Made by a program: the position numbers and the translations under genes. From an uncultured Eubacteriales bacterium (GTDB lineage: Bacteria; Bacillota; Clostridia; Christensenellales; CAG-138), in assembly GCA_902797145.1 (NCBI GenBank), contig CADBRR010000028.1:1-43628 (forward strand): a stretch of DNA of 43,628 bases. Reading direction: 5' to 3'. The number at the start of each line of letters is the position of its first letter. Within the stretch, counting starts at the first letter, position 1. The notes under the pieces were generated by a model. That model made no database searches and was not told where the DNA came from. It saw only the letters and a program-made list of their open reading frames with translations. Positions 8,643 to 18,378 of this stretch are shown here, piece by piece.

Positions 8643-9975
8643 CGGACTTTCCTCAAAATTGCAGAATATATTCAAGAATCTTAGAAATAAGGGTAAGCTT
8701 AGCGAAAAAGATGTAAAAGATGTAATGCGTGAGATAAAGCTTGCATTGCTCGAAGCTGACGTAAACTTTACCGTTGTTAAAGATTTTATAAAGAAGACAA
8801 CTGAACGTGCAGTAGGCTCAGAAGTTCTTGAAAGCCTCACACCTGCACAACAGGTCATAAAAATAGTAAATGAAGAACTGACATCGCTTATGGGCGGTAC
8901 GGTTTCGAAAATAGAGTTTGGCTCTCAAAATCCATCGGTTATATTGCTTGCAGGTCTTCAAGGCGCAGGTAAGACAACTATGGCAGGTAAGCTTGCAAAC
9001 TATTTGAGGAAGCAGTATGGAAAAACTCCGTTGCTCGTTGCTTGTGATGTTTATAGACCGGCTGCTGTAAAACAGTTGCAGGTTGTTGGTGAAAAGTTGG
9101 ATGTACCTGTTTTTGAAAGAGGGCAGGAAGATCCAATAGAAACTTCAAGGCTTGCAATAGAATATGCAAAACGCAACCTCATGGACTTGGTTATTGTCGA
9201 TACGGCTGGACGACTTCATATTGATGAAAATATGATGGATGAGATTGCCAAAATAAAGGAAACTGTAAAGCCTGCTGAAATATTGCTTGTAGTAGATGCG
9301 ATGACGGGTCAGGATGCAGTAAATGTTGCAAAATCATTCCATGAAAAGCTTGAGCTTACCGGTGTTATTTTGACAAAGCTTGACGGCGATACAAGGGGTG
9401 GCGCAGCGCTTTCTGTAAAGGCTGTTACAGGAAAGCCGATTAAATTTTCGGGAATTGGTGAAAAGCTTACAGAAATTGAACCGTTCCATCCTGATAGAAT
9501 GGCTTCAAGAATATTGGGAATGGGCGATATGCTCACCCTCATTGAAAAAGCTGAACAGGCATTTAATGAAAAAAAAGCTCAGGAGCTTGTTGGAAAAATC
9601 AAGAAAGATGAATTTACTCTTGAGGATTTCCTTGAACAGTTTGAGCAGATGAAGAGTATGGGTTCAATGCGAGATATTCTTGGAATGATGCCGGGCATGG
9701 ACTCAAGCAAGCTTGACGATGTAGAGATTGATGAAAAGGCGACAGCAAGAATGACCGCTATAATCAAATCTATGACGAAGCAGGAAAGGCTCAAGCCTGA
9801 TATAATAAATGCAAGCAGGCGCAAGCGAATTGCCAGAGGCAGCGGAACGAGCATACAGGAAGTAAATAAGCTTCTTAACCAGTTTGATAGCACGAGAAAA
9901 CTTATGAAACAGTTTACTGGTGGCAAAAAAGGTAAGAAGAGAGGCAAGTTTAGATTGCCGTTTGGAAAATTTTAA
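8632..9975 (+). CDS. ffh: Signal recognition particle protein Ffh
   Basis: GLQGAGKTT, DTAGRL, TKLDGDTRGG, Met-rich M domain with SRRKRIARGSG; SD GGAGG before ATG 8632. Confidence 0.98.
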   Translation: MAFDGLSSKLQNIFKNLRNKGKLSEKDVKDVMREIKLALLEADVNFTVVKDFIKKTTERAVGSEVLESLTPAQQVIKIVNEELTSLMGGTVSKIEFGSQNPSVILLAGLQGAGKTTMAGKLANYLRKQYGKTPLLVACDVYRPAAVKQLQVVGEKLDVPVFERGQEDPIETSRLAIEYAKRNLMDLVIVDTAGRLHIDENMMDEIAKIKETVKPAEILLVVDAMTGQDAVNVAKSFHEKLELTGVILTKLDGDTRGGAALSVKAVTGKPIKFSGIGEKLTEIEPFHPDRMASRILGMGDMLTLIEKAEQAFNEKKAQELVGKIKKDEFTLEDFLEQFEQMKSMGSMRDILGMMPGMDSSKLDDVEIDEKATARMTAIIKSMTKQERLKPDIINASRRKRIARGSGTSIQEVNKLLNQFDSTRKLMKQFTGGKKGKKRGKFRLPFGKF

Positions 9976-10074
9976 GATATTAAGTTATAAAACAGCAGAT
10001 AACGGAAACCGCAATTATCGGTGATACCGTTTCAATAAAAATATATTTATTTGTATTTTCAGGAGGAAACTATT

Positions 10075-10317
10075 ATGTTGAAAATCAGACTTCGTAGAAT
10101 GGGCGCAAAAAAAGCACCTTTTTACCGTATCGTAGTTGCTGATTCAAATGCTCCCCGTGATGGCGCATTTGTTGAAGAAATCGGTTACTACAATCCTATT
10201 TCAGAACCCGTTGAACTCAGAGTTGACAATGAAAAGGCAGCTCAGTGGATCAAGAACGGCGCACAGCCTACAGATACAGTAAGAGCACTTCTCAAGAAGA
10301 GTGGAGCTATTAAGTAA
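10075..10317 (+). CDS. rpsP: 30S ribosomal protein S16
   Basis: [24 protein letters not shown]...GAQPTDTV; SD AGGAGG. Confidence 0.98.
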   Translation: MLKIRLRRMGAKKAPFYRIVVADSNAPRDGAFVEEIGYYNPISEPVELRVDNEKAAQWIKNGAQPTDTVRALLKKSGAIK

Positions 10318-10577
10318 TGGCTGAAGAAAACATTTCAAAGGCTGAAAGCATCAAGGAACTTGTAAGATTCGTTGCAGAGAGCCTTGTTGATAAGCCCGAA
10401 GAGGTAAGCGTTACGCTTAAAGAAGAAGAAACTTCCGTTACAGTACAGCTTTCTGTTGCACAGGATGATATGGGCAAAGTAATAGGAAAGCAGGGCAGAA
10501 TAGCAAAAGCAATAAGAACTGTTGTAAAAGCAGCGTCTGTAAAGGAAGATAAAAAGTATATCGTAGAAATTCTTTGA
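10317..10577 (+). CDS. khpA: KH-domain RNA-binding protein KhpA (YlqC)
   Basis: DMGKVIGKQGRIAKAIRTV KH motif; located between rpsP and rimM. Confidence 0.93.
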   Translation: MAEENISKAESIKELVRFVAESLVDKPEEVSVTLKEEETSVTVQLSVAQDDMGKVIGKQGRIAKAIRTVVKAASVKEDKKYIVEIL

Positions 10578-10602
10578 TTTAATCTTGTAAAAAGGGTGCA
10601 GA

Positions 10603-11136
10603 ATGGACAACACTAACTATCTCAGAGTAGGATTTATACTTCGTCCGCACGGAGTTCATGGAGCTGTAAAAATACAGTCGTTGACAGACGATAACTCAAG
10701 GTTTAAAAAGCTCAGCGATGCGTTTATAGAATTGAACGGAAAGATTAACCCTATTAAAGTTCAAAAAACTAACGTTCAGCAAGATGATATATTTGTAGAG
10801 ATAGAAGGCATTGATGATAGGAATGCAGCCGAAAAGCTCAGGAATGCATATATTTGTGTCGACAGAGAGCATGCAGTCAAACTTCCTGAAGGTATGTATT
10901 TTGTTGTCGATATAATAGGATGTAATGTGTTTTTAAGTGACGGAGTAGAAGTCGGAAAAGTGCAGGATGTTCTTGAAACAGGTGCAAATGATGTGTATGT
11001 CATAAAAGGAATTTCATCAACAGGAACCATAATGATACCAGCACTTAAAAAACTGCTTGTAGATGTTGACATCGAGCAAAAGAAGATAGTACTTGATAAA
11101 GATGTCTTTGAGGAGGTAGCACTCGTTGAAGATTGA
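10603..11136 (+). CDS. rimM: Ribosome maturation factor RimM
   Basis: RPHGVHGAVK, ETGANDVYVI (PRC barrel); conserved synteny. Confidence 0.96.
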   Translation: MDNTNYLRVGFILRPHGVHGAVKIQSLTDDNSRFKKLSDAFIELNGKINPIKVQKTNVQQDDIFVEIEGIDDRNAAEKLRNAYICVDREHAVKLPEGMYFVVDIIGCNVFLSDGVEVGKVQDVLETGANDVYVIKGISSTGTIMIPALKKLLVDVDIEQKKIVLDKDVFEEVALVED

Positions 11137-11857
11137 TATATTGACTATTTTCCCTGAAATGTTTGGTGGAGTTATAAATTCGAGTATAACTAAAAGAGCG
11201 GTTGAAAAAGGCATACTTGAATTTAATATTCATAACATACGTGATTTTTCACTTAATAAGCATAAGAATACCGATGATTATCCATTTGGTGGTGGGCCGG
11301 GAATGGTGATGATGGCTCAGCCAATAATGGATGCTATCGAAAGCATAGAAGGCTATGAGAGCGCAAGAAAGATTTATTTAAGTCCAAGAGGGCGTGTGCT
11401 TTCAACAGAAGTTGCAAAAGAGCTTTCTAAAGATGAACATCTTATTCTTTTATGCGGTCATTATGAGGGAATTGATGAAAGGGTAATGACGCTCATTGAT
11501 GAAGAAATTTCAATAGGCGACTATATCCTGACAGGTGGTGAACTACCTGCAATGGTACTTATAGATTGCGTAAGCAGATTTATAGACGGAGTACTTGGTT
11601 GCGAAGAATCTGCACAGGATGAATCGTTCGGGGATGGGTTGCTTGAATACCCACAGTATACAAGACCATCGGAATATCGAGGAATGAAAGTTCCAGAAGT
11701 CCTACTAAATGGCAATCATGCACTGATAGCCAAATGGCGAAGGGAACAATCGCTTCTTAAGACGCTTGAAATGCGACCCGAACTTATAGATAAGTGTGAA
11801 CTCACAAAATCTGATAAGAAATTTTTAGACGATATAAGCAAAAGTAAGGAAAAATAA
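11126..11857 (+). CDS. trmD: tRNA (guanine37-N1)-methyltransferase TrmD
   Basis: DDYPFGGGPGMVM, CGHYEGIDER, SIGDYILTGGE, LEYPQYTRP; TTG start with GAGGAGG SD. Confidence 0.98.
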   Translation: MKIDILTIFPEMFGGVINSSITKRAVEKGILEFNIHNIRDFSLNKHKNTDDYPFGGGPGMVMMAQPIMDAIESIEGYESARKIYLSPRGRVLSTEVAKELSKDEHLILLCGHYEGIDERVMTLIDEEISIGDYILTGGELPAMVLIDCVSRFIDGVLGCEESAQDESFGDGLLEYPQYTRPSEYRGMKVPEVLLNGNHALIAKWRREQSLLKTLEMRPELIDKCELTKSDKKFLDDISKSKEK

Positions 11858-11889
11858 CTTGTAAAATTAGGCAAAAAATAAAAAAAGCC

Positions 11890-11918
11890 TTGAAAACTAA
11901 TAATTGGTATGTTATAAT
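11890..11918 (+). promoter_or_regulatory. SigA-type promoter for rplS
   Basis: TTGAAA-17 bp-TATAAT with extended TG. Confidence 0.75.
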
Positions 11919-11932
11919 TGCGTTTATGAGAT

Positions 11933-11967
11933 AAGCGGTCCTCTGTAGGAACACGACATGAACGCTT
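11933..11967 (+). ncRNA. Probable ribosomal protein L19 leader (cis-regulatory RNA)
   Basis: AAGCG-GTCCTCTG...ATGAA-CGCTT closing stem in the rplS 5' UTR; resembles the Firmicutes L19 leader pattern as I recall it. Confidence 0.6.
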
Positions 11968-11986
11968 TGTAGAAGGGAGTAAAACT

Positions 11987-12340
11987 ATGTCTGACATCAT
12001 CAGAGAATTAGAAAAAGAACAGCTTCGCACCGATCTTCCTAAGATCCAGATTGGTGATACAGTTCGTGTATATGTAAAAGTTATTGAAGGTACTCGTGAA
12101 AGACTTCAGAATTTTGAAGGAACAGTAATTAAAATGCAGGGTGGCGGCATCCGTAAAACATTCACAGTTCGCAGAATGTCATACGGTGTTGGCGTTGAAA
12201 GAACATTCCCCTATCATAGTCCGAGAATCGGTCGTATCGAAGTAGTTCGTCACGGTCGTGTACGTAGAGCTAAGTTGTATTACATCCGTAACCGTGTAGG
12301 TAAGGCTGCTAAGATCGTTGAAAAGTTTGAAGAAAAGTAA
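11987..12340 (+). CDS. rplS: 50S ribosomal protein L19
   Basis: GDTVRV...[10 protein letters not shown]...GVGVERTFP...[12 protein letters not shown]. Confidence 0.98.
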   Translation: MSDIIRELEKEQLRTDLPKIQIGDTVRVYVKVIEGTRERLQNFEGTVIKMQGGGIRKTFTVRRMSYGVGVERTFPYHSPRIGRIEVVRHGRVRRAKLYYIRNRVGKAAKIVEKFEEK

Positions 12341-12356
12341 TTTGAAATTTTAACAG

Positions 12357-12410
12357 GTGGTGTCACTATTCATAAGCGTCAAATGATGCTTGTTAAGTGA
12401 CATCATTTTT
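12357..12410 (+). terminator. Long imperfect intrinsic terminator after rplS
   Basis: GTGGTGTCACT/AGTGACATCAT outer stem plus ATAAGCGTCA/TGATGCTTGT inner stem, followed by TTTT. Confidence 0.65.
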
Positions 12411-12443
12411 ATTATAAAAGAAATAAGAAAAAGGAAGAGAAAA

Positions 12444-13361
12444 GTGTTAATACAGTGGTATCCGGGACATATGGCGAAAGCACGCCGTATGTTGATAGAA
12501 AATTTAAAGATTATAGATGTAGTTGTTGAAATAATTGATGCCCGTGCGCCTTTGTCAACAAGGAATCCAGATTTTGATGACTTGTTTGTGCAGAAAAAAA
12601 GGGTAATAATAATGAACAAAAGCGATCTTGCATCACCAGTTCAAACAAAGCGATGGATAGAGTATTACAAGAAAAATGGAATACAAGCTATTGAATTTGT
12701 GGCTACAAATTCTTCACGCAAAAAGAATGCTGTAGATTTAATTGAAAAGGCAGCGGAAGATGAGGTCGTGAGATTGAAACAAAAAGGTGTAAGCAAAACA
12801 GTCAGGGCAATGGTAGTTGGAATCCCTAATGTAGGAAAATCAACATTTATAAATAGAATAGCAGGTGCTACAAGGGCGCAGGTAGGTGATAAACCAGGTG
12901 TTACAAAGGGAAAACAATGGGTTAAAATTACTCCATATCTTGAACTAATGGATACACCGGGGCTTTTGTGGCCAAAGCTTGAAATTGAAAAATATGCACA
13001 GCATCTTGCTTTTATAGGTTCTGTAAAAGATGATGTAATGGATGTCGAAAGGCTTGCAAATTACTTGCTTGGAGAGCTTGTTTTAGTATGCAAAGATGAT
13101 GTCGCTTTAAGATATAAGAAAATTGGCAATATAGAAAATATCGAATATATAATTAGTAATATCGAGTCAAATTATGATTTGCTTGAAGCTGTAGCAAGGA
13201 GTAGAGGTTTTATTTTAAGCGGTAATGAACCTGATACTGAAAGGGCAGCAAGAATAGTGCTAGATGAATTTAGAGCAGGCAAGATTACAAAAATTACACT
13301 TGATAGAATAGAAGATATCGGAAAATACGATAACGTAGAGGATAATAATAATGAAAAATAA
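12444..13361 (+). CDS. rbgA: Ribosome biogenesis GTPase RbgA (YlqF)
   Basis: IQWYPGHMAKA, NKSDL, GIPNVGKST, DTPGLLWPK (circularly permuted GTPase); GTG start 12444. Confidence 0.96.
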   Translation: MLIQWYPGHMAKARRMLIENLKIIDVVVEIIDARAPLSTRNPDFDDLFVQKKRVIIMNKSDLASPVQTKRWIEYYKKNGIQAIEFVATNSSRKKNAVDLIEKAAEDEVVRLKQKGVSKTVRAMVVGIPNVGKSTFINRIAGATRAQVGDKPGVTKGKQWVKITPYLELMDTPGLLWPKLEIEKYAQHLAFIGSVKDDVMDVERLANYLLGELVLVCKDDVALRYKKIGNIENIEYIISNIESNYDLLEAVARSRGFILSGNEPDTERAARIVLDEFRAGKITKITLDRIEDIGKYDNVEDNNNEK

Positions 13362-13989
13362 AATCAGCGAAGCCGAGCGATTGTACAATATGACGGAGCA
13401 TGAAAGAATGTTCTGGAATAAAGGAATAATCGTGGCAGGTATGGACGAGGTTGGCAGAGGTCCACTTGCAGGACCGGTAGTTGCAGCTTGCGTTGCACTA
13501 AATGGAGATGCGCTTATTGAGTATGTCAATGACTCGAAAAAAGTAACAGAGTTGCGCAGAAAAAAGTTATCGCCTATTATTAAAGAAAATGCTATTGCAT
13601 ATGGAATAGGATATGTCGATAACGAAGTGATTGATGAAATAAATATTCTTAATGCGACGAAGCAAGCATTTAAAATAGCTTTCGAGCAAATGAATAGCGG
13701 TGATATTAAAATAAGGAATGTGCTTGTAGATGCTGTAAAGGATCTCGATATCGACGCAGAGCAACATCCATTGATTCATGGCGATGCATTAAGCTACCTT
13801 ATTGCGGCAGCATCAATCATAGCTAAAGTAGATAGAGATGAATATATGATGAAAATGCACGAAATATATCCAGAATATGGATTTGATAAAAATAAAGGTT
13901 ATGGAACGAAACAGCATATTGATGCGCTTAAAAAATATGGTCCATGTCCGATTCATAGAAAAAGTTTTATAAAGAACTTTGTTAAATAA
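13351..13989 (+). CDS. rnhB: Ribonuclease HII
   Basis: GMDEVGRGPLAGPV, NDSKK, IAAASIIAKV, NKGYGT. Confidence 0.97.
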   Translation: MKNKISEAERLYNMTEHERMFWNKGIIVAGMDEVGRGPLAGPVVAACVALNGDALIEYVNDSKKVTELRRKKLSPIIKENAIAYGIGYVDNEVIDEINILNATKQAFKIAFEQMNSGDIKIRNVLVDAVKDLDIDAEQHPLIHGDALSYLIAAASIIAKVDRDEYMMKMHEIYPEYGFDKNKGYGTKQHIDALKKYGPCPIHRKSFIKNFVK

Positions 13990-13990
13990 T

Positions 13991-14350
13991 ATGTTTGATA
14001 AAATTAAAATAGGTAGTAACGGAGAAAAAATAGCGCTGAGATATTTAAAAAAACAAGGATATAAGCTGCTTGAAAAGAATTATCGAAAACTCAGATGTGA
14101 AATAGATTTAATAATGTATGATAAAAATACAAATTATTTAGTATTTGTCGAGGTAAAGACAAGAAGCGGCGATACATATGGTAGCGGTGCTGAAGCTGTG
14201 ACAAATTTAAAGCAGGAAAATATTATTAAGGCAACAACAGTGTATTTGAGAGAAAATAATTATTTTAACGAAAAAATACGATTTGATGTAGTCGAAGTTA
14301 ATGCTGAAAATAAAAATGTAAAACATATTATTTCTGCATTTACTTTATAG
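13991..14350 (+). CDS. yraN: YraN family (UPF0102) PD-(D/E)XK nuclease
   Basis: GEKIALRYL...EIDLIM...VFVEVKTR...RFDVV; follows rnhB. Confidence 0.92.
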   Translation: MFDKIKIGSNGEKIALRYLKKQGYKLLEKNYRKLRCEIDLIMYDKNTNYLVFVEVKTRSGDTYGSGAEAVTNLKQENIIKATTVYLRENNYFNEKIRFDVVEVNAENKNVKHIISAFTL

Positions 14351-14358
14351 AAAAAATT

Positions 14359-14378
14359 TGCTATTATTTGTAATAGCA
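14359..14378. promoter_or_regulatory. Inverted repeat upstream of the glycosyltransferase gene
   Basis: TGCTATTA-TTTG-TAATAGCA, perfect 8-bp arms, no U-tract. Confidence 0.35.
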
Positions 14379-14409
14379 GTAAAATTTCAAATGAAAGGAA
14401 AACAGTAAA

Positions 14410-17400
14410 ATGAAAAGAACACTTAGCTTTATTATTGTTGCTGTAATGGTGTTGATGGCGGTTTGTCCAACAGTTCTTGCTGAGAATAAGAACATATTCA
14501 AGGTGGATTTTAACACTGCTGTTTACGGCGATAATAATATTCCGAACGGATGGTCAACGCATGAATACGATTCGGGTATAAGTATGTTCCTTGTTGAAAA
14601 TGATGATACAAAGGGAAAATGTGTAAAAATAAGCAGTGGCTCTGAAAACGATGCAAGGCTTTGTTATGAACTTGCTGTTGAACCTAATACAAGATACAGA
14701 ATTAAATGCGAAGCAAAAGCTGTAAATGTAAAAGATGGGGCAGGTGTTTGCATTTCTGTACTTGGAACTTATGCGGTAAGTGATGGACTTCATGGCAACA
14801 CCGATTGGCAAGAACTCGAACTTGTAGGAAAAACTGATGCAAATCAGAAAAGTATGACGATATCACTTGCACTTGGCGGTTATAGCGCAACTTCGAGCGG
14901 TAATGCTTTGTTCAGTTCCGTTTCAGTTGAAACATTAACAGATGAGTATGCTGGAGAGGTAAAGGAGTTTTCGTATCCCCAAAATAATTCTAAAGCAAAT
15001 AACGATTCAGAAACTAATCCTTACTTAAAAGAAGGCAGAGTTCCGTATCTTGGTTATATCATTTTAATTGCTATAGTTTCTGCTATTGCCTTTACATTCA
15101 TTTATGGCAGAAGCATAAAGCCCAAAAATGTAATTAGTAATCCTGATAATGGTAGAAACAATATTACGGAAGTAATATGCTTTTTAGTGATAGCTTTGAT
15201 TTTTAGATTCATTCTATCGTTTGTATTTGTCGGGCATCCGACCGATATAGCTTGCTTTAAAGGTTGGTCAAATCTTGTATACGAAAAGGGATTCAGTAAT
15301 TTCTATACATCGGGTGTATTTACAGACTATCCACCAGGATATATGTATGTGTTGTGGGTAGTAGGATTTATTGCTGATATATTTGGATTGAAATCAGGTG
15401 CAGGATTTACATTGCTTGTAAAATTGCCTGCAATTATTGCAGATATTGCAAGCGCCTATATGGTATATAGAATTGCAAGAAGGATGAATCTTTCACATAA
15501 TAAATCGCTTGTTCTTATGGTTGTAATGGCACTCAATCCTATGATGGCATTTGTTTCGGGTGCATGGGGTCAGATTGATTCAATACTTACACTCTTGCTG
15601 ATAGCTGTTTGTCTGTGCTTTACAAATAAAAAGATTATTCTTGCAGGCGCAGTTTATGGTCTTGCAATTCTTGTAAAGCCCCAAGCGCTTATTGCTGGCC
15701 CAGTGCTTGCTGTAGCATATTTTGCGTTAATATTTGAGAAAGATTCTGAAGAGAAAATAAAGAATCCGATATTGAAAATATTGCTTGCAGTAGCTTCGGC
15801 TGTAGCTGTAATATTTGTTTTATCTCTCCCATTCAAGGGGAGTCAAGACCTGTTCTGGATAGTAGATAAATATGTTTCGACATCTACATCTTATCCATAC
15901 GCAACGGTAGAAGCTTATAATCTATTCGGATTGCTTGGAGGAAATTGGGAAAAAGTTGAAACAGCAGTTCCTATAATTGGAATAAGCTATAAGCTCCTCG
16001 GAACTATACTTATTGCACTCTCAATAGTGTTCGCAATGTATATGTACATAAATGCTCGCAAGAGTAATAAAAAAGGTGCTTTACTGTTGTCAATGGCATT
16101 TGCATATAGTGCAGTATTTTCACTTGGTCATTATATGCACGAAAGATATTTATATCCTGCAATCGTATTAACTTTATTTGCATTTTTGTACTATAATGAC
16201 AGAAGGCTGTTTAAGTGCTTTGCAATACAAACTATAGGAATGCTTATAAATGTTTTGGCAGTATTTGCAATTTCAGCAGGCAACGAGTTTAGAGGCGATG
16301 AATATAATGCAGTTGTTTATGTAGGGTCTGCAATAAATGTTCTAAGCTTCATTTACTTCACATATGTTTGCACAGACATAATGCTGTGCAAGAGGATTTC
16401 TCCTGCTTATGAAGGCAATAGAAAGGAAAAACAACTTCCGCCTGAAGAACAGGAAAAAGTAAAAGAACAAGAAAAACAGTCAAAACTTGAATCAATTTTT
16501 GCACCACGTGATACAAAATTGAATTTGACGAAAAAAGATATATTTATTTGCCTTGCGCTTACAGTAGTGTATGGATTTATTGCACTAACTAACCTTGGAA
16601 CAACACAAGCGCCTGTAACACAATGGGCTGCTAACTCTGCCGATGAAGAAATCGTATTTGACTTTGGCGGAACTGTTAATATAGCAGAAATACGAGCATT
16701 TGGCGGAATAGCAAGAAACGGTGTTCTTAAGTTTACTGACGATGCTGGTAATGAATATTCTCATAAGCAGGAATATACACAGATGTATAGGTGGTACAAG
16801 CTTCTTGATGCTAATACAAAGATACAAACATCAAAGCTTAAACTCGAAGTTAGCAGGGGTAGTGCTTTATATAATGAAATAGCATTTATAGATAACGATG
16901 GTAAGTATATACCTGTAAAAATAATATCGGGCGATGAAAGCGCATTGTTGCTTATAGATGAACCTGAACAAGTTCCTGCAAATCCATCAAATATGAACGG
17001 TATGTATTTTGATGAATTGTACCATGCAAGAACAGCTTATGAGCATCTTCATAATTTAGAACCATATGAAATAACTCATCCACCGCTTGGAAAGATTATA
17101 ACAATGGTTGGTGTTGCAATATTCGGTATGAATGCTTTTGGCTGGAGAGTTATGCCTGCATTGTTTGGAATATTTATGGTTCCGATAATGTATATGTTCG
17201 GTAAACGATTGTTTAAAAAATCCGAATATGCACTATTGATGGCTGGACTGTTCGCATTTGACTTCATGCATTTTGTTCAGACAAGAATATCAACTATTGA
17301 CGTTTATGGCGTATTCTTTATAATTTTGATGTTCTATTATATGTATCAATATTATAATATGAGCTTTTTTGCAGATGGATTGAAGAAGACCCTCAAACCG

Positions 17401-18243
17401 CTTGCGCTTGCAGGATTGTTCTTCGGTCTTGGAATTTCATCTAAGTGGATATGCTTCTATGCAGGCGGCGGACTTGCTGTTATATTGCTCATATCGCTTA
17501 TTAAGCGTTATAAAGAGTATAAGTTCGTTATGAAAGAAGGGGACGAGGAGCAGAAGAAAATTGTCAGAAAGTATTGGATAAATGTTATTAAGACATTATT
17601 GTGGTGCTGTGTTTTCTATCTTGCAGTTCCTGCTGTTATATATGTTGCATCATACTTGCCATATATGATTTTTGAGAACAATTATAGCTTGTCTGTTGTT
17701 ATTGAAAATCAAAAATATATGTTCAATTATCATAGTCAGCTTGTATCAACTCATCCATATGAATCTGAATGGTGGAAGTGGATAGTAATGATGAGGCCAA
17801 TGTGGTATTATAAGGGAGCATTTGCTTCAAGTGGAAACGGACAATCAATATCTGCGTTCGGTAATCCTGCTGTATGGTGGGGCTGCTTGATAGCTGTAAT
17901 TGCACTTATTGGAACGGTCGCTAATAACAAGAAGAAAACTAATAATGTTACTACAATAGCATTTATTGGAATAATAGCAAACCTGCTTCCATGGGTATTT
18001 ATATCTCGTTCAACATATATTTATCATTATTTTGCAACTGTTCCGTTTATAATCATATGTGGCGTAGAAATGATAAAGAATCTTGACGAAAAATATCCTA
18101 AATTTAAATGGATAAAGTGGGTATGGCTTGCATTGACTATTGCATTGTTTGTTGTATTCTATCCTGTTTTAACAGGAATAGAAGTACCTGTAACATACTT
18201 AAACTCACTTGAATTGTTTAAGAGTTGGGTATTTATGAATTAG
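14410..18243 (+). CDS. Multidomain membrane glycosyltransferase: signal peptide + CBM-like domain + GT-C (ALG6/8- or GT87-like) + GT39 protein O-mannosyltransferase (PMT)
   Basis: Signal peptide ending VLA-E; beta-sandwich PNGW...VEPNTRYRI...TDWQELE. First polytopic unit has DYPP, WGQIDS, KPQA and HERY. Second unit has PMT motifs YFDELYH, HPPLGK, FGWR, HPYESEWW, GNPAVWW and YHY. Confidence 0.85.
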   Translation: MKRTLSFIIVAVMVLMAVCPTVLAENKNIFKVDFNTAVYGDNNIPNGWSTHEYDSGISMFLVENDDTKGKCVKISSGSENDARLCYELAVEPNTRYRIKCEAKAVNVKDGAGVCISVLGTYAVSDGLHGNTDWQELELVGKTDANQKSMTISLALGGYSATSSGNALFSSVSVETLTDEYAGEVKEFSYPQNNSKANNDSETNPYLKEGRVPYLGYIILIAIVSAIAFTFIYGRSIKPKNVISNPDNGRNNITEVICFLVIALIFRFILSFVFVGHPTDIACFKGWSNLVYEKGFSNFYTSGVFTDYPPGYMYVLWVVGFIADIFGLKSGAGFTLLVKLPAIIADIASAYMVYRIARRMNLSHNKSLVLMVVMALNPMMAFVSGAWGQIDSILTLLLIAVCLCFTNKKIILAGAVYGLAILVKPQALIAGPVLAVAYFALIFEKDSEEKIKNPILKILLAVASAVAVIFVLSLPFKGSQDLFWIVDKYVSTSTSYPYATVEAYNLFGLLGGNWEKVETAVPIIGISYKLLGTILIALSIVFAMYMYINARKSNKKGALLLSMAFAYSAVFSLGHYMHERYLYPAIVLTLFAFLYYNDRRLFKCFAIQTIGMLINVLAVFAISAGNEFRGDEYNAVVYVGSAINVLSFIYFTYVCTDIMLCKRISPAYEGNRKEKQLPPEEQEKVKEQEKQSKLESIFAPRDTKLNLTKKDIFICLALTVVYGFIALTNLGTTQAPVTQWAANSADEEIVFDFGGTVNIAEIRAFGGIARNGVLKFTDDAGNEYSHKQEYTQMYRWYKLLDANTKIQTSKLKLEVSRGSALYNEIAFIDNDGKYIPVKIISGDESALLLIDEPEQVPANPSNMNGMYFDELYHARTAYEHLHNLEPYEITHPPLGKIITMVGVAIFGMNAFGWRVMPALFGIFMVPIMYMFGKRLFKKSEYALLMAGLFAFDFMHFVQTRISTIDVYGVFFIILMFYYMYQYYNMSFFADGLKKTLKPLALAGLFFGLGISSKWICFYAGGGLAVILLISLIKRYKEYKFVMKEGDEEQKKIVRKYWINVIKTLLWCCVFYLAVPAVIYVASYLPYMIFENNYSLSVVIENQKYMFNYHSQLVSTHPYESEWWKWIVMMRPMWYYKGAFASSGNGQSISAFGNPAVWWGCLIAVIALIGTVANNKKKTNNVTTIAFIGIIANLLPWVFISRSTYIYHYFATVPFIIICGVEMIKNLDEKYPKFKWIKWVWLALTIALFVVFYPVLTGIEVPVTYLNSLELFKSWVFMN

Positions 18244-18260
18244 TAAAGAAGTTAGCTTAA

Positions 18261-18317
18261 ATACAGGTGGTTTTGCAATTTGTTTAAAGCAAATTGCAAA
18301 ATCTACTTGTATATTTT
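18261..18317 (+). terminator. Long hairpin after the PMT gene (probable terminator or processing site)
   Basis: TTTTGCAATTTG/CAAATTGCAAAA perfect 12-bp stem, extended by ATACAGGTGG/CTACTTGTAT (G-U pairs), then ATTTT. Confidence 0.6.
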
Positions 18318-18334
18318 AAAATATGTGGTAGAAT
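18307..18334 (+). promoter_or_regulatory. Possible SigA-type promoter for gtrA-comM-dprA
   Basis: TTGTAT-16 bp-TAGAAT with extended TG. Confidence 0.4.
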
Positions 18335-18378
18335 ATTGAATTATATAATAAAGTTGTAATTTCGTTCGGAGGGTAAAA

